Shown here: in pieces, positions 1-13,467 of the stretch | Layout: every line of letters starts with the position of its first letter | Numbering within the stretch: position 1 is the first letter of the stretch | Assembly: GCA_964016885.1 (NCBI GenBank) | Contig: OZ024745.1 | Coordinates: forward strand, 58,404,001-58,468,000 | DNA: 64,000 bases | Source: Eledone cirrhosa | Taxonomy: Eukaryota | Direction: 5' to 3' | Translations under genes and position numbers: made by a program | The notes under the pieces: generated by a model | What the model saw: only the letters and a program-made list of their open reading frames with translations | Databases searched by the model: none | Told to the model about the DNA's origin: nothing

Positions 1-609
1 TACACTGGGTCATTGCTGGCCTTGTGCCAAAAGTAGAAATAATTATATGCAAATAAACTATCAACAAAATAATTTGTATCCTAACCCGTTGGAGTGATTT
101 AGAATAATTGAAACACTTGTACACATGTTTTGACTGATAATGGGTTTGCCAAACGAAGAATGATTAAGATTTAAGAAGGAATTTAGATCCGAAAGCGTTC
201 TCTTAACAAACAACTAACTCATATTAACCCAGCAACAAGGCTCGTAGTCAGCAGTCACGTGTCCGGTCACTGTAATTCTACTTATTGTAATTCTGATTCT
301 GATTTTAATTATAATTCTTACTTTCCACTTCTACTACACCCATGCATACCTCTGCCTTCACCTAAACAAGTTATAAATCAAAATACGTATATACTGTTTT
401 AAACAGGTTTTATCTCTTTTATTTTGTTATAATTTCTTTCAATACCATTTTTCTCTACCATTTTACCTCACGTGTATTCTTCTCACCCAATCTTGTTTCC
501 CTCCTTTCTAGTTTACGTAACACTTCCCTGAGTAGCACACAACTAGAAACACTACATAACCCACTATACATATAAATAAGTTGCTTGAGATACACTCATT
601 CATTATATA

Positions 610-678
<69 letters not shown>

Positions 679-1204
679 ATACATATATATACAAGAATTA
701 ATTGTTTAGATCGTGTTCTGACTCAAATGTTTTTCATTTTCAATAAGATCTTCACGATTTTATCTTATTTATCAAATCACCAACTGACTTAATTTTATTT
801 GTTTAGTGTTTTTAATTGTTGTTGCATTTTATTTTATAAGTTTTGTTATTGTTTCTTCTTCTTCAGCAGAAATTTTTGAGGTTTCTTGTTCTGTTTATAT
901 TTTAATCCGATTATTTTATGTAGAGGCTCTTTTTTAATTTTGGAAGGAAAAGAATCATTTGTTTTATTATTGTTTTGTTTACTTCTTGTGGTTTTCTTTT
1001 CAGCAAGTTTGATTATTTGTTTCAAGTCAATATCATGCAAGGTGTATAGAAATTTGTTTACCGAAGTTCTGTTACTCGAAAACTAAAACATTAAAAATCA
1101 TCTATAAGAAAAAACAAAACAAAAATGCTAAACACATTTTCAACTTGTCAAATCAATCACACTACATACAGGCACACTTACGTATGTGTGGATGTGCGTG
1201 TGTA

Positions 1205-1288
<84 letters not shown>

Positions 1289-1878
1289 GAATGTATATAT
1301 AGTGCATTTTGCAATACACTGTATGATTAATTATAAGCATTTTGAAGACCTTGCGCTATTGTTTTAAAGTAGTGACTATATCACTTACTTCTTTTTTCAA
1401 CAAACAAAGGGAGATAAGCTGACAGATCTCTGTTTCATACTGTTGGTATTCCTCAGAGCTTAGCTCTCCCTTTGTTTGTTGAAAATTATGAATGTTGGAT
1501 TCTTATAGAATTCCAGTAATAATCAGGAACTGATTATACAGAGCGGTTGCAGGTCCAGCAAAAATTGAAAATTAGAATTGTTGCTCTGAAATAGCGATAT
1601 ATATATATGAATGTATATATAGTGTATTTTTCAATACACTGTATGCTTAATTAAAAGCATTTTGAAGACCTTACGCTTTTGTTTTAAAGTAGTGACTATG
1701 TTAATTAAAAGCTTAACTGTCAGCTTATCTCCCTTTGTTTGTTGAAAAAAGAAGTAAATGACATACTCACTATTTTAAAACAATAGCGTAAGGTCTTCAA
1801 AATGCTTTTAATTAAGCATACAGTGTATTGCAAAATACACTATATATACATTCATATATATATCGCTATTTCAGAGCA
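1289..1878. repeat. Compound direct-plus-inverted repeat insert next to a (CA)n tract (fold-back element)
   Basis: 1289-1380 is repeated directly at about 1609-1700. 1717-1878 is the reverse complement of 1289-1424 and 1582-1700. A further partial inversion lies at 1462-1486. Confidence 0.7.
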
Positions 1879-2077
1879 CCAATTAACCATGCAGCACGAT
1901 TGTTTTCATATTCACACATATATATTTTTCTCCGCTGTGACCCGTCTGTTTCTTTCTTACTGCTTCCTCTTTTCTCTGTATCTCTCACTTCCCTTTACCC
2001 CCTCTAACAGTCACTCTCTCTGTTAGCCTCTTCCTCACCATTTCACTCACTCACTGCTACCCCCTCTCCCACTTCCT

Positions 2078-2335
2078 CCCGTTTGACCTGTGCGAAATTC
2101 TTTCCTCACTCACACTTTGACCAGGTTGGTTGTTCTTTATTCTCTCTCGTCTACGATTTTACAGAACTTATGTTCACCGATTTCAGGGACTTGACTCCGT
2201 CTTCCCCTCGTTTGACCTGCGCGAAATTCTTTCCTTGCTCACATTTCGACCAGGTTTGATGGTCTTTATTCTCTCTCGTCCACGATTTCACAGAACTTAT
2301 ATTCATCGATTTCAGGGACTTGACTCCTTCTTCCT
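2078..2335. repeat. Tandem duplication, about 130-bp unit x2
   Basis: tttgacctg(t/c)gcgaaattctttcct...ttcagggacttgactcc occurs starting at about 2082 and about 2211. Confidence 0.8.
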
Positions 2336-2526
2336 CACTTTTCGTTGCATTACCATCTTTGATTGTTTACAGTCTCGCTCGATCCTCTTATTTTCGTGTC
2401 CCAACGACTTTCTTTAGCCGTTGCTCGCACCAACCGGAGGTTTATGGTCTTTAAAGCGATGAAATACCAATGAAGGTTGGAAGATCACTGATGAAGGACT
2501 AAATTTATTTATATATATATATATAT

Positions 2527-2700
2527 AACGAAGGAGGAGTGGTAAGGAACCAGATGGACCGTAACGCACCAGAGTACTCAATACTTAGGGGAGTAGAGTG
2601 GGTAATAGGAAAATGTTTGACCCCGACGGCTATTTCTGGACTCCAGAAATAGCCGTCGAAACGGCTTGAGCTCTGCCGTCGGGGTCAAACATTTTCCCAT
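2527..2700. mobile_element. Fold-back PLE-terminus insert, family H1, carrying the 3' half of a hammerhead
   Basis: Lies between (TA)n and (TACA)n. Nested hairpin cgacggctatttctgg/ccagaaatagccgtcg is followed by GAAAC-GGC...GCC-GTC-GGGGTC. Homologous to 7084-7366 and 17718-17913. Confidence 0.7.
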
Positions 2701-3020
2701 ACATACATACATACATACATACATACATACATACATACATACATACATACATACATACATAGTGGTGAGGTGTAGATTGTTATAGAATATCCAAAGTTGG
2801 GAGAGTGCTGAATTTGTGAAAAGTATTTGTAGTTCATATATATTTAGTACACAAAGTTATGGAGTCGTTAGTCGACAATTTTCTCGCAGAAAACCTGTCT
2901 CAGATATTTCACTGAGACCAGATCCTAATTTGTCAACCTATTTTTGTTCTTTTCATTCTTAGGAAAAGAGTGCGTTTCCATAAGATTTACTTTATATATC
3001 TTTCTATTTCTTTTATTCAG

Positions 3021-3537
3021 GTTTCTTTTATGGTAAAGATAATACCGAGCCCTGACTGGTTCGTTGGGGTTAGTTCCTTAAATCTCTGTTCTAAGGGAAA
3101 ATGGAAGAAAAAGGTAATTATGAAATTGTTTCCAGTTGATGCTGGCACCGATATCGGTTTGACATTTACATCACCTAATTGGCCTGCTTATCCACCTGAA
3201 AAAATGATTAGAATCACTTCTTCGTTTCCTAATCATGAAGCCAGTTCATTTTACTATAAAAGTCTTAAAAAGCTGCCTCGTATAGCTTACGCAACTTTCT
3301 ATAAAGTAGAGGAATACAAAAGTGTTTATAAGCGGACAAAGCCTTATAAATCTCGTCTTCCAACTCTTTTTGATAGATTACCTCCTCTTGTTAATAAACC
3401 GTCTGTTGCAAACCACTCTTATAAACCATCAACAAATGCACAGACTGGTGAAAATCCAGCATCATCACCGATTGATGTTGACGATGAGGACTTCGGGAAC
3501 ATTACAAATCTACTTGCAGTTGCTGAAAATGAACCAG
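3021..3537 (+). CDS. Spondin-2/mindin-like gene, internal exon: C-terminal part of the Spondin_N domain plus a Ser/Pro/Lys-rich linker
   Basis: Translation VSFMVKIIPSPDWFVGVSSLNLC...FPVDAGTDIGLTFTSPNWPAYPPEKMIRITSSFPNHEASSFYY has the Spondin_N motifs PSPDWFVG and DAGTD.G.TF.SPN. Acceptor ttttattcag at 3011-3020 (phase 0); donor CCAG|gtaaga after 3537 (phase 1). Upstream exons lie outside the window. Confidence 0.9.
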
Positions 3538-4559
3538 GTAAGACTGTTCGCTTTAGAATTGAATTTCACTGAAATTATTTCTGTCGTTTTTGTTTTGGAT
3601 TTTGTTTTTTAACCCCAGGCAAGCTATTATTGAGCAGACTTTCATCAAAAATATTCCAACTGATATCATATTGTCTTTTTGTTTCTATATTTTAAAAACG
3701 TTAGTGTTTTATTTGAAGGAATTGCAGGAAAACGTTTTAGTACCAGAAGCGAATTACAAGTGCATAAAACTCTCTATGGGCGCATCTGTGCTGAAAAAAT
3801 AATTGATTTTTATTTTATAAATTCATAGATATGAACCTACTCGTGCTAATCAACATTAATTAAAATGTTATACTACGTTAATTAATCAGATAGTTGTAAT
3901 AAACACCGAAACAACAACTACCGAATGTAATATTTAAATTTAATTAAACTTCTTAACATGAAACTTGATCAAAATTTGAGGAGCTGAGAGATGTTAGATG
4001 AGAATGATGATGTGGGAATTCTTAATTGGTTTTCAAGATTATTATCCACAATACAAGGACGCGAGATGTTCTTGGCTAAATTCAGTGTTGAGAAAATCTG
4101 TTCAATCGTTAAGATAGAAATCTGTGATGCAATTTTCAATGCGTGTTTCCTCAAAAGCAGGTATCTTTCAATATATAGATTATTTACGAATGTCTATAAT
4201 AGTTCATCTATTAAATTATATTGTCCACTTGTATTATCCGATTATAAATGAATTAACTTGTGTTGAAAGGAGGTTCGCATATTTGTAGTTCGAGTTCATG
4301 ATTTTGTAAATCATGAACGCTTTTTCGAAAGAGATCCCAAAGATTGAGACACTGTAATGTATTCCATCAACGATCTTGTGTTCTCAACTTCCAGACGTAG
4401 AAAATATACTGCGCATTGTTTTGTTTTCTCTATGTGGGTTAAGAGCAATTATAGCAGTTATTGAAATTGCACATTAGAGCATTATATTGATTCAACCCTT
4501 GTAATTTCAGTCTTATATCATGTAAGGAGTTACTGATATTTATCAAAAATGTCAAAACA

Positions 4560-5345
4560 TAAAACCATTTTTGGCCCTCTCATTCCATAATGAGAATACC
4601 TATAACATATATGCTTTCTTAAAGTCGATCCAGGCCATAGACATGTTGCTGTGATGTTTTTTACAATGCCTGAAAACTATCTTATTGATCACCAGGGGTT
4701 TTTTGGTGCCTTGGTAATGTCCCTTCCTGTAAAAGAAAGGTATATTCCTTCTCCGCAAATATCCCAGTAAGTACATTCCATATTATGTTCAGTCATGCTA
4801 TAGGACGGTAGTTTCCTACAATATTCCCCTTGTTTCTATTTTTTATTATGATGTTGTTCTTCACGTTACCACCCCAATCCCTGGACACATTCATTCACTT
4901 AAGTTACTAGTCTTTCATGAACCGCATTACATTTCTTCAATCAAAAGCCATAGATCCCATCTGGATAGGGAGCTTTCCAGTTTGGTACCTTGTCCACTTT
5001 ATTCTTTACATCAACTATGCTTATGATAATGTCTCTGTATATTTCCTCCTTGCAACTCTACCTTGGTGTTTTCTATCTACTCAGCATTTCTTCTATGCAT
5101 CACAGTATTTCCCCATATCCCATTCCAGAAATCCTTGCCCTGGTTAGCATTAAGAACAGCATCCTTCTCATTGTTTCCTTCCAAAATGCAGAAGAATTTT
5201 TTGGATTATTTTGGAATAATCTATTCTCTTTGAACTGCTTATTTCTGTTCAAATATCTTCTTATCTTCTGGCTTTTAGACAAAATCCTCTGTTTCAATTG
5301 TTCCATTAATGTATAGAATCTATTCTTCCGTGTTTTATACTTCTT
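4560..5345 (-). mobile_element. Degenerate R4/Dong-like non-LTR retrotransposon fragment (pre-RT and RT region)
   Basis: The minus strand gives EQLKQRILSKSQKIRRYLNRNKQFKENRLFQNNPK, then remnants of NWKAP..DGI.GF, NYRPI and W.D.KKAY motifs broken by stops and frameshifts. Confidence 0.6.
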
Positions 5346-5639
5346 GTATGTCTCTCGGTCGCTCTTCTTTCCCTTCTGTGGTAGTGGCGGCGGAGGTGGA
5401 AGTGGTGGTAGAAGTGATGGTAGTGGTGTGGATGTCATTAAGGCACTTAGTTGTTTTGTTTTGTTGTTGTGGGTGACGATGTTGGTGGAGTTTGTTTGAT
5501 CGGGTCAATGTCAGCAACATCACTCTATAACTAGATTGATGTTTCCTCTTCCTTTGAAGTTGCTATGGCTTCTATCAAACCTTATTAAGCTATTTTAACA
5601 GAAAGAGTGATGATACTATAACTAGCTCAGATTCATCAT

Positions 5640-6035
5640 AAAGGATGGAGGCAAGTTTCACTTGGAAAAGAAGATGGGGCTGGAGAGAAAAGTGCCACCC
5701 TCCCCCAGTACATTTGCTAAAAGGTGGGTGAATGTGACAAGAATGGCCCGCGTGAATGGGCCTACTCTGAGCATGCACCTATAGGCTGGTCAACTTGAGG
5801 AGGAGAGGGGTGCCTTCCCGGGTGCCATCGAAGTGTCGGGTGGTTCAGGATTGGGAGGTACCTCAGTCGCCTCTGGGTGTTTCACCCCATTATTGGGGAA
5901 TTTATTTTGTTATATTTTTATATACTTTATATTTTTCATTGTTAATTGATATTGTTATTGTGTATTTTTACCCACTGTCCCTGTGTATGTAGTGTCCCCT
6001 TTATATCAGCTCTTGTGGCCAATAAATGAAACCAT
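5640..6035 (+). mobile_element. Probable LINE (L1/Tx1-like) 3' end with 3' UTR
   Basis: Degenerate ORF end FAKRWVNVTRMARVNGPTLSMHL*, then a GC-richer UTR and AATAAA near 6021. The family assignment is weak. Confidence 0.3.
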
Positions 6036-6887
6036 TATTATTTCCCGCTGAGGTTAACTTTGCCTTTCATCCTTACGGAGTCGATAAAATAAAGTACCAG
6101 TAATGTACTGGGTAATTGCTGGCCTTGTGCCTAAAGTAGAAACAATTATTATTATATTATTATTATTTCTAACTTAAACCTCAGGCTAGACATTTAAAGG
6201 TAGGAGCAAGTTGATTAAACCAACCTCAGTATTTGATTCATACTTCATCTTATCGACCTCACAAGAACGGAAGGCAAAGGTGACCATAGTGAGATTTAAA
6301 ATCAATACTTAGAGAACAGTAACGAATTACTGATTCTGCCAATCTATAAATGATAATTATATATTAATATTTATTTTTAATGATTGTCTGATACAGCAAC
6401 TAAACGTCATTTTACTTTAAATCATATTTTTACTTTCTTCTAATCATCATACATCTCTAGCTTGCGATTAAACGAAAGAAGAATGTAGAAAGAAAACGAA
6501 AGCAAAAGATAAAACAACGTTGGCGATTATGGTTGAAAGTCGGTTTTCCTTGATTTCGCACACTGCACGTTGACTTAATGATATTTCTGACGATAATATT
6601 GTTTGATAAGATTAAGATATTTTCCTCGGTAACAGGGGACAAGACTGCTGATATAATATTCATTTCATTTTGTTTTTATCTTGGATCAGAAGTTGCATAG
6701 ATCAAATGGTGTAAATTTTATTACTTGACTTTGCAATAATAAAACAAGAAAATTATGTCTACTACTAAGGCACAACCACTATATAAACAATAAGTATAGA
6801 GAGAAATAGTAGACTTAAATAAACTTGTACCTACAATATCATTAAAACGAAGAATTGGTTCCCATTTCTTGCATTCATAATATATGA

Positions 6888-7004
<117 letters not shown>

Positions 7005-7007
7005 CAT

Positions 7008-7083
<76 letters not shown>

Positions 7084-7085
<2 letters not shown>

Positions 7086-7361
7086 CGAAGGAAATGTGGT
7101 AAGGAACCAGGTGGACCATAACGCACCAAAGTACTCAATACTTGAGGTAGTAGTTTCAGAATTAGCCGTCGAAACGGCTTGAGCTCAGCTGTCGGGGTCT
7201 TACTGGTTCCTATATATATATATATATATATATAACAAAGGAATTGTGGTAAGGAACCAAATGGACCATAACGCACCAGAGTACTCAATACTTAGGGTAG
7301 TAGAGTGGGAAATAGGAAAAAGTATGACCCCGACTTGAGCTCTGCCGTCGGGGTCATACTT

Positions 7362-7366
<5 letters not shown>
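7084..7366. mobile_element. Two adjacent family H1 PLE-terminus inserts in (TA)n
   Basis: aac(g/a)aagga..tgtggtaaggaacca.atggaccataacgcacca.agtactcaatactt occurs twice. GAAACGGCTTGAGCTCAGCTGTCGGGGTC at about 7171-7199; small hairpin at 7318-7365. Confidence 0.65.
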
Positions 7367-7396
<30 letters not shown>

Positions 7397-7399
<3 letters not shown>

Positions 7400-7520
7400 G
7401 TTTATACTTTTGGCACAAGGCCAGCAATAATTCAGTGTATTACTGGTACTTTATTTTATCGACCCTTAAGGGTGAAAGGCAAAGTTAATCTCGGCAGGAT
7501 TTGAACTCAGAACGTAAAGT
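7397..7520 (-). mobile_element. SINE family S1 (tRNA-derived head, Deu/Nin-like core), 5'-truncated
   Basis: Reverse complement of the GAGTTCAAATCC...ctttgcctttca.cctt...gggtcgataaaataaagtaccag...ctggccttgtgccaaaagta consensus. Confidence 0.8.
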
Positions 7521-8400
7521 TATATATACATATAATGTAGGAGACTCAGGGAATAACTGTAAACACAGTTGGTTGCTATAAAATAAATAAGAGCCTTAGC
7601 AAATCGAGTAAAGTCTCCTAAAGACGGAAATAAGGGGCCAGCAGTAGCGAAGAGGAATCGAATCTCATATCTTTCAGATACCGGTTGATTGTTCTAACCA
7701 TTGAAGTAAAAGGCCCCTATCAACAATGAACGTCTAAATTAGAAAGCTAAATCAGATAGTTTTCTTTGCATATAGTTTGTGTGAGAGAGAGAGAGAGGGG
7801 GGGGGTAATGATATTAACAAATATTTCGTGGATGCAGCAAGTATAGTATCATAGTGGATTAACTTTAGAAAAAAAATCAGTAATATGAGAAATTGAAATT
7901 TCTGAGTAAAATACAAAATAACGTAAAAACGTTGGCAACTTTTTACATTAGAAAAATAATTCACGTTATACTTCAGTTAAAAAAATGAATATTCATATTC
8001 TATATATTTATTATTCATGTAAAAAGTCCTTTGTTTCTGAAAAAAGCGACGACACACCATATACACAGCGCCAGCCTTCGTCAGTAGCGACTGGAAGGTA
8101 GGTGCAAAGTGTTACAAGTTAGCGCATGTATATACAACCGAGAAAATGTCTTCCTCTCCAGTGCAGAAACATGATTTCAGAGTAATTTACCAGGAAATAT
8201 ATTAAGTTGGAAAACTTAAAATACTAGTGAACAGTTTTCAGAGCTAACTATATATTCATGAACTTACTTACGATACGCTTTTATTCAACTAATTGAGTCA
8301 ATTCATTCACTGAAATTGCTTCACGGCAATTTGGAAAGTCTATGTGAAATGAAGGATCTGGAAGAAGGTTTATTGCCTGCATAAAAAATATTATATTTAC

Positions 8401-8556
8401 ACGCCATGCTTTCTAGCATAGTTACGTCCCTTTGCAGTCTGAGTTCAAATCCCGCCGAGGTTAACTTTGCCTTTCATCCTTACGGGGTCGATAAAATAAA
8501 GTACCAGTAATGTACTGGGTACTTGCTGGCCTTGTGCCTAAAGTAGAAACAATTAT
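8401..8556 (+). mobile_element. SINE family S1
   Basis: B box GAGTTCAAATCCC plus the ctttgcctttcatccttacggggtcgataaaataaagtaccag core. Partial copies also at 1-45 and 6043-6150. Confidence 0.85.
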
Positions 8557-8588
8557 ATTTACCTTACATTGTAATCTCCATAGATGTG

Positions 8589-8686
<98 letters not shown>

Positions 8687-8802
8687 ATACACACACATCT
8701 ATGTATATATATATATAGTTCGGAATTCTTCAAAAAAACAGACAAGAGTAAATGTTACAAATAGTATTAGTTTCACGCTTAGTGAGAGTGGGGTGTGTGG
8801 TA

Positions 8803-8838
8803 GCTGACGTTTCGGGCATAACCCCTTCATCAGGAGAG
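8803..8838 (-). ncRNA. Minimal type-I hammerhead ribozyme motif (PLE type)
   Basis: Minus strand: ctc-CTGATGA-aggg-gttatg-ccc-GAAAC-GTC-ag. Stem I is weak. Lies in a roughly 130-bp insert between (TA)n and (TG)n. Confidence 0.6.
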
Positions 8839-8846
8839 TGGGGGGG

Positions 8847-8931
<85 letters not shown>

Positions 8932-9452
8932 ATTGTGTGTGTGGGTATCAATTTTTCATTATGAAAAAATATTTTTCTCTCCTTTGCTCTATGAACGTGT
9001 TACATATTTATCAGTAGCCGTAGATAATGGCAGACAGCTGTTTCGAAATTCGGTATTTTTCATCTATGACATTCACTCAACCGGTTCCAAGATGAAAATA
9101 GACGAGAGACTATTAGATTTTGCGTATTGAACATTTGCTGGGGGGGGGGGGGGGGGGGGGGGGGCTCATTTGCATATAGAAAATAGAAAACCTCGGTTGG
9201 AAATTTGAACTTGGCAAGTAATAATTAATTGGCAGTAGCACTAAGATAACATTTCCCATATGTTTAATGTATATAAACATATAGTATAAGCTTTCATATA
9301 CACCCCTATTATGCTTAGCAGTGTTAACGCTAATTCACACACATATATGTATGCATATATATATATGTGTGTATGTGTCTGTGTGTATATATATAAATGT
9401 ATGTATATATATATATATATATATATGTGTATATATATATATATATATATGC

Positions 9453-9493
<41 letters not shown>

Positions 9494-9508
9494 CGTGCGT
9501 GTGTGAGG

Positions 9509-9539
<31 letters not shown>

Positions 9540-9547
9540 CGTGTGTG

Positions 9548-9582
<35 letters not shown>

Positions 9583-9583
9583 T

Positions 9584-9616
<33 letters not shown>

Positions 9617-9618
<2 letters not shown>

Positions 9619-9861
9619 GTATAAAAAAAAAAAATCAGTGATGCATCTGAACCCAGTTTATTGCGTGTTACAATTGTTTCGCCGGCAGGTAGCTCGAGAC
9701 ATTTTCTCCGAACGAACTGCCCGTGTCCGAAGGAACCTGCAGCCGGAGAATCAGCCAGATCCATGCTGTGATCATGTCTCGAGCTACCTGCCGGCGAAAC
9801 AATTGTAACACGCAATAAACTGGGTTAAGATGCATCACTGATTTTTCGTTTTTTTATACTA
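9617..9861. repeat. Inverted repeat (arms about 86 bp, spacer about 71 bp) with a hammerhead-like 3' half
   Basis: 9617-9702 is the reverse complement of 9774-9861. Contains GCCGG/CCGGC-GAAAC-AATT-GTA-ACACG-c-AATAAA. Confidence 0.8.
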
Positions 9862-10596
9862 TCCACACTCTACTCTGTATGAATATTGAGTGCTAATTTT
9901 GGCATACCGCCTATGGAAGCACCATAGCCACCATTATACACAAGTATACATATATATATACAAATATAAAATTGGCGAGAATCGAATTTCAGCTCAGGAA
10001 TTAACGAAAAACACCTCCGAGTTGTGTGGCAAGCGCTCGATAATTCATATGAATTAGAGCTACAACATACGTTAAAGGCCAAACACACTGAGATGGTGGT
10101 TAAACTAATCATCCGCACAGCCAAAAAAAAAACGATCAAGCAATTCGGGTCAAACAAATAAAAATATATGTGATTGAAATTTTACCCGGACCCCTGGAGA
10201 TGGTAAAATCCAGTATTTGGGTTTCTGCGGCTTCATAAATCAATTACTGTCCGCTTACATAAAGAATGTTAGGCTTCTGGTAAGATGATTGAACAAGGAA
10301 GCCACTTTTTCAACGGGATTCTGCTCAAATGTTATACATAAGTGTGACTATTAGTGACCCCACGTGGAGTTCAGCAAGGGAGGCAACACCTATATTAGGC
10401 GAATGAATTCAGTTGTGTATAATATTGCGAGAATGCAAAATATCACAAATCGAATAAAGCTCTCGACAGAATGGTTAAATATAACAAAGCTATTGATCAG
10501 TCAATAGAATCAACCAAAAAAATCGATAAAATTAACTGGCCAATAGCTAGACTCGGGAGATTAATACAAATATAAAATTGGCGAGAATCGAATTTC

Positions 10597-10679
<83 letters not shown>

Positions 10680-10690
10680 TAAACAAATAT

Positions 10691-10826
10691 TATCTTGACT
10701 CTGTATTCCGTTTATCTTTCACCGAAAGTGATTTTTCATTACATCTCTTCTTTCTATGATATCTGGAATACATTGAGTTCTTCATACGGATTGGACACTA
10801 CCGTAAACTCTTGGTAGATTTATCTA
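10691..10826. repeat. Dispersed repeat of about 135 bp, second copy at 13047-13181
   Basis: tatcttgactctgtattccgtttatctttcaccgaaagt...ggattggacactaccgtaaact.ttggtagatttatcta is present at both sites; both copies end in (TA)n. Confidence 0.8.
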
Positions 10827-11049
10827 CATATATATATATATATATTGTTATACTTGGGGAGGGTCATATTTGTGTAATATTGCCAGAATTAATAACAGAA
10901 CACACTCACTGTTTGGTTGGTTTTCGCTTTTCGCTTCTGTGTCTTTTATATCGGTAACCTAATTTATTCGGTCCTCGATGTTGCCATTGACTGACCGACG
11001 GTCAAAAATAATACAGATACAATATAGACACAAACACATATATATAGTT

Positions 11050-12275
11050 TATCATAAATCTTTCGTTGCACATCTGCAACATCGTCAGTGGTGCTATTGT
11101 TTCCTCCCGTTGCATTGTATGTCTACGCCATTTTTATTTAGTCTGTCTATACATTTATTTATTTATTTGCTTGTTCGTTTATTTTATTTTGTCTTTTTTG
11201 CGCATGCGTTTGCGTGTGTGTATTGTGTTTTGTTTGATGTCTGTTCGTGATTGGGTGACTAGTGTGTGTTTATATGTTTGTTGTTATTGTGCTTGTGTAT
11301 GTATTTATTTATTTATTTATCTATTTATTTATTTATTTATACTTCTCTTAGGTCAGTGTTGTTTGTTTGGGTGTTGTTGTTATTCCATTCATTCTTTCTG
11401 TTTAGTCTTGGCCTTCTAAGTTCTATTTCACTGGCCTCTGTGATTTGCCTATCTGCTGGGTCATTTCTATGTTTAGATATTATTCTAATTTCTATGTTGT
11501 CTATGTTACCGTCGTGTTGTTGTCTGGCATGTTCATATCGTACTGACCCGTTTATTTCGTCCTTTTAGTTCCCCCCAGTGTTGGTCTATCCTTTCACCTA
11601 TGCTACGAGCTGTCTCACCTATGTATGTTGTTGTCATGTTTCTGCAAGTACCCTCTGTACATCTTATGCTATAGACTACGTTTCTAGTTTTACAGTTTAT
11701 CCGGGGGTTTACCTTACATATGATACATTTCCTATTAGTACAGTGGGTTTTCTTAAAAGGGTAGGTTTTGCTGATCAGGGATTTTATGGTGGTTCCTGGC
11801 TTTTCTACCACCTTAATCTTTAAGTGGGTCTTTCTCAGGGCCTTTCTACACTGGTTAGCTAATTTCCCTCCAGGGGTAGCGTCCACAAACATGACACTCT
11901 GGTATCTCTGGTTGTCGTACCATGAGGTGACTTTCCCTATCTTATGTCTAGCCCTATCTAAGCTATTCCATGATTTGCTCCTGTATAATGGGCAAATTCC
12001 TTTCATGTCCAGTTCTATGAGGGTCTTATACTTCTCCATGGCTCCTTCGTATACTCTGACTCTGTCTCTTTGGTTGTAGCCAGAGAACTGCATGCGGTTG
12101 ATGAAGTGTTGGATGTGTCTTTCCATTTCTGTTGGGTCGCACATGCGGGACACATTCTTCATCACTCGTACCAAATCTGCGATCAGAATACTAAACTTAG
12201 CACTACTGGACATTGCTGAGTTTTTGAGTATCAGGTATTTGGAGGCCATGGGTTTAGCATAGTGTGAGTGGAGAA
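11050..12275 (-). mobile_element. 5'-truncated Penelope-like retroelement: RT C-terminus, linker and GIY-YIG endonuclease, with 3' UTR
   Basis: ORF 11533-12249 (-) contains CIICKVNPRINCKTRNVVYSIRC...TYIGETARSIGERIDQH, the PLE GIY-YIG with a Cys-rich linker. The 3' tail at 11055-11170 recurs at about 29970-30100. Both ends abut TA-rich tracts. Confidence 0.88.
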
Positions 12276-12298
12276 TTTATATATATATATATAAGTGA

Positions 12299-12415
12299 AG
12301 GCGTGTGGCTGAGTGTTTAGATAATTGGATTCGCAATCGTAAGGTTGTGAGTTCGATTCCTGGACCAGGCGATGCGTTATGTCCTTGAGCAAGACACTTT
12401 ATTTCACATTGCTCC
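12299..12415 (+). mobile_element. SINE family S2 (tRNA-derived, CORE/V-like central box), 3'-truncated
   Basis: A/B boxes TGGCTGAGTG and GAGTTCGATTCC, then gtccttgagcaagacactttatttcacattgctcc. Confidence 0.75.
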
Positions 12416-12517
12416 TTCTACCTGAAGTTGCGACCGATAGATAGTATTAGCAATTGGAAAGACCAACGGGAACATTGTTTCCTCGGTCCGATTTGACGAA
12501 AGTCGATCGTTTAAAAA

Positions 12518-12575
<58 letters not shown>

Positions 12576-12588
12576 GTATATATATATA

Positions 12589-12664
<76 letters not shown>

Positions 12665-12696
12665 TATATATATATATATGTATATATATATAAATA

Positions 12697-12761
<65 letters not shown>

Positions 12762-12858
12762 TTATATATGTATATATATATATATGTATATATTTATATA
12801 TGTATATATATATATGTATATATTTATATATGTATATATATATATATGTATATATTTA

Positions 12859-12900
<42 letters not shown>

Positions 12901-13467
12901 TAAATATATATATATACATATATATATATATGTGCATGCCAATTCTAACACATATATGTCCTAGAAACGATCGTTAAATAATGAACTTTTTTTGTTTAAT
13001 ATAAGGAACTGTTTCTTTGTTTTATTCATTATTTTTTTAATATTTTATCTTGACTCTGTATTCCGTTTATCTTTCACCGAAAGTAATTTTTGAATGTATC
13101 TCTTCTTTCCATGATATCCGGATTACATTGAGTTCTTCATACGGATTGGACACTACCGTAAACTTTTGGTAGATTTATCTATCTATATATATATATATAT
13201 ATCCGCCGGTGGGGTATGTGTAAAAGAACTCAGAAGGAATTAAATGCAAGCGAGAGTGACATTAACGTTGTTGGTGCCCAAGTATGAACACATGTTAGTT
13301 TTGTTAAAGTCAGAACAGAAAACAATCCAGGAAAACCTTGTGTCATGTGTGAACAATTTTTGTGTGTCTATAGATGCAGTGAGTATACAAATAGAACATA
13401 TGTTAACTTGTGTCATGTGTGTGTGATTTAGGTTGCGCTCTTTGTGTGCCTATAGGTGTAATGTTTA

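Noticed and set aside
2970-3020. N-terminal extension of the spondin ORF as a start or signal peptide
   Set aside because: It is an intronic polypyrimidine tract ending at the AG at 3019-3020, and the ORF start is a non-ATG codon.
7645-7715. tRNA-like sequence on the minus strand, and the A/B boxes in SINE heads
   Set aside because: No complete cloverleaf; best explained as SINE-derived or decayed tRNA-like heads.
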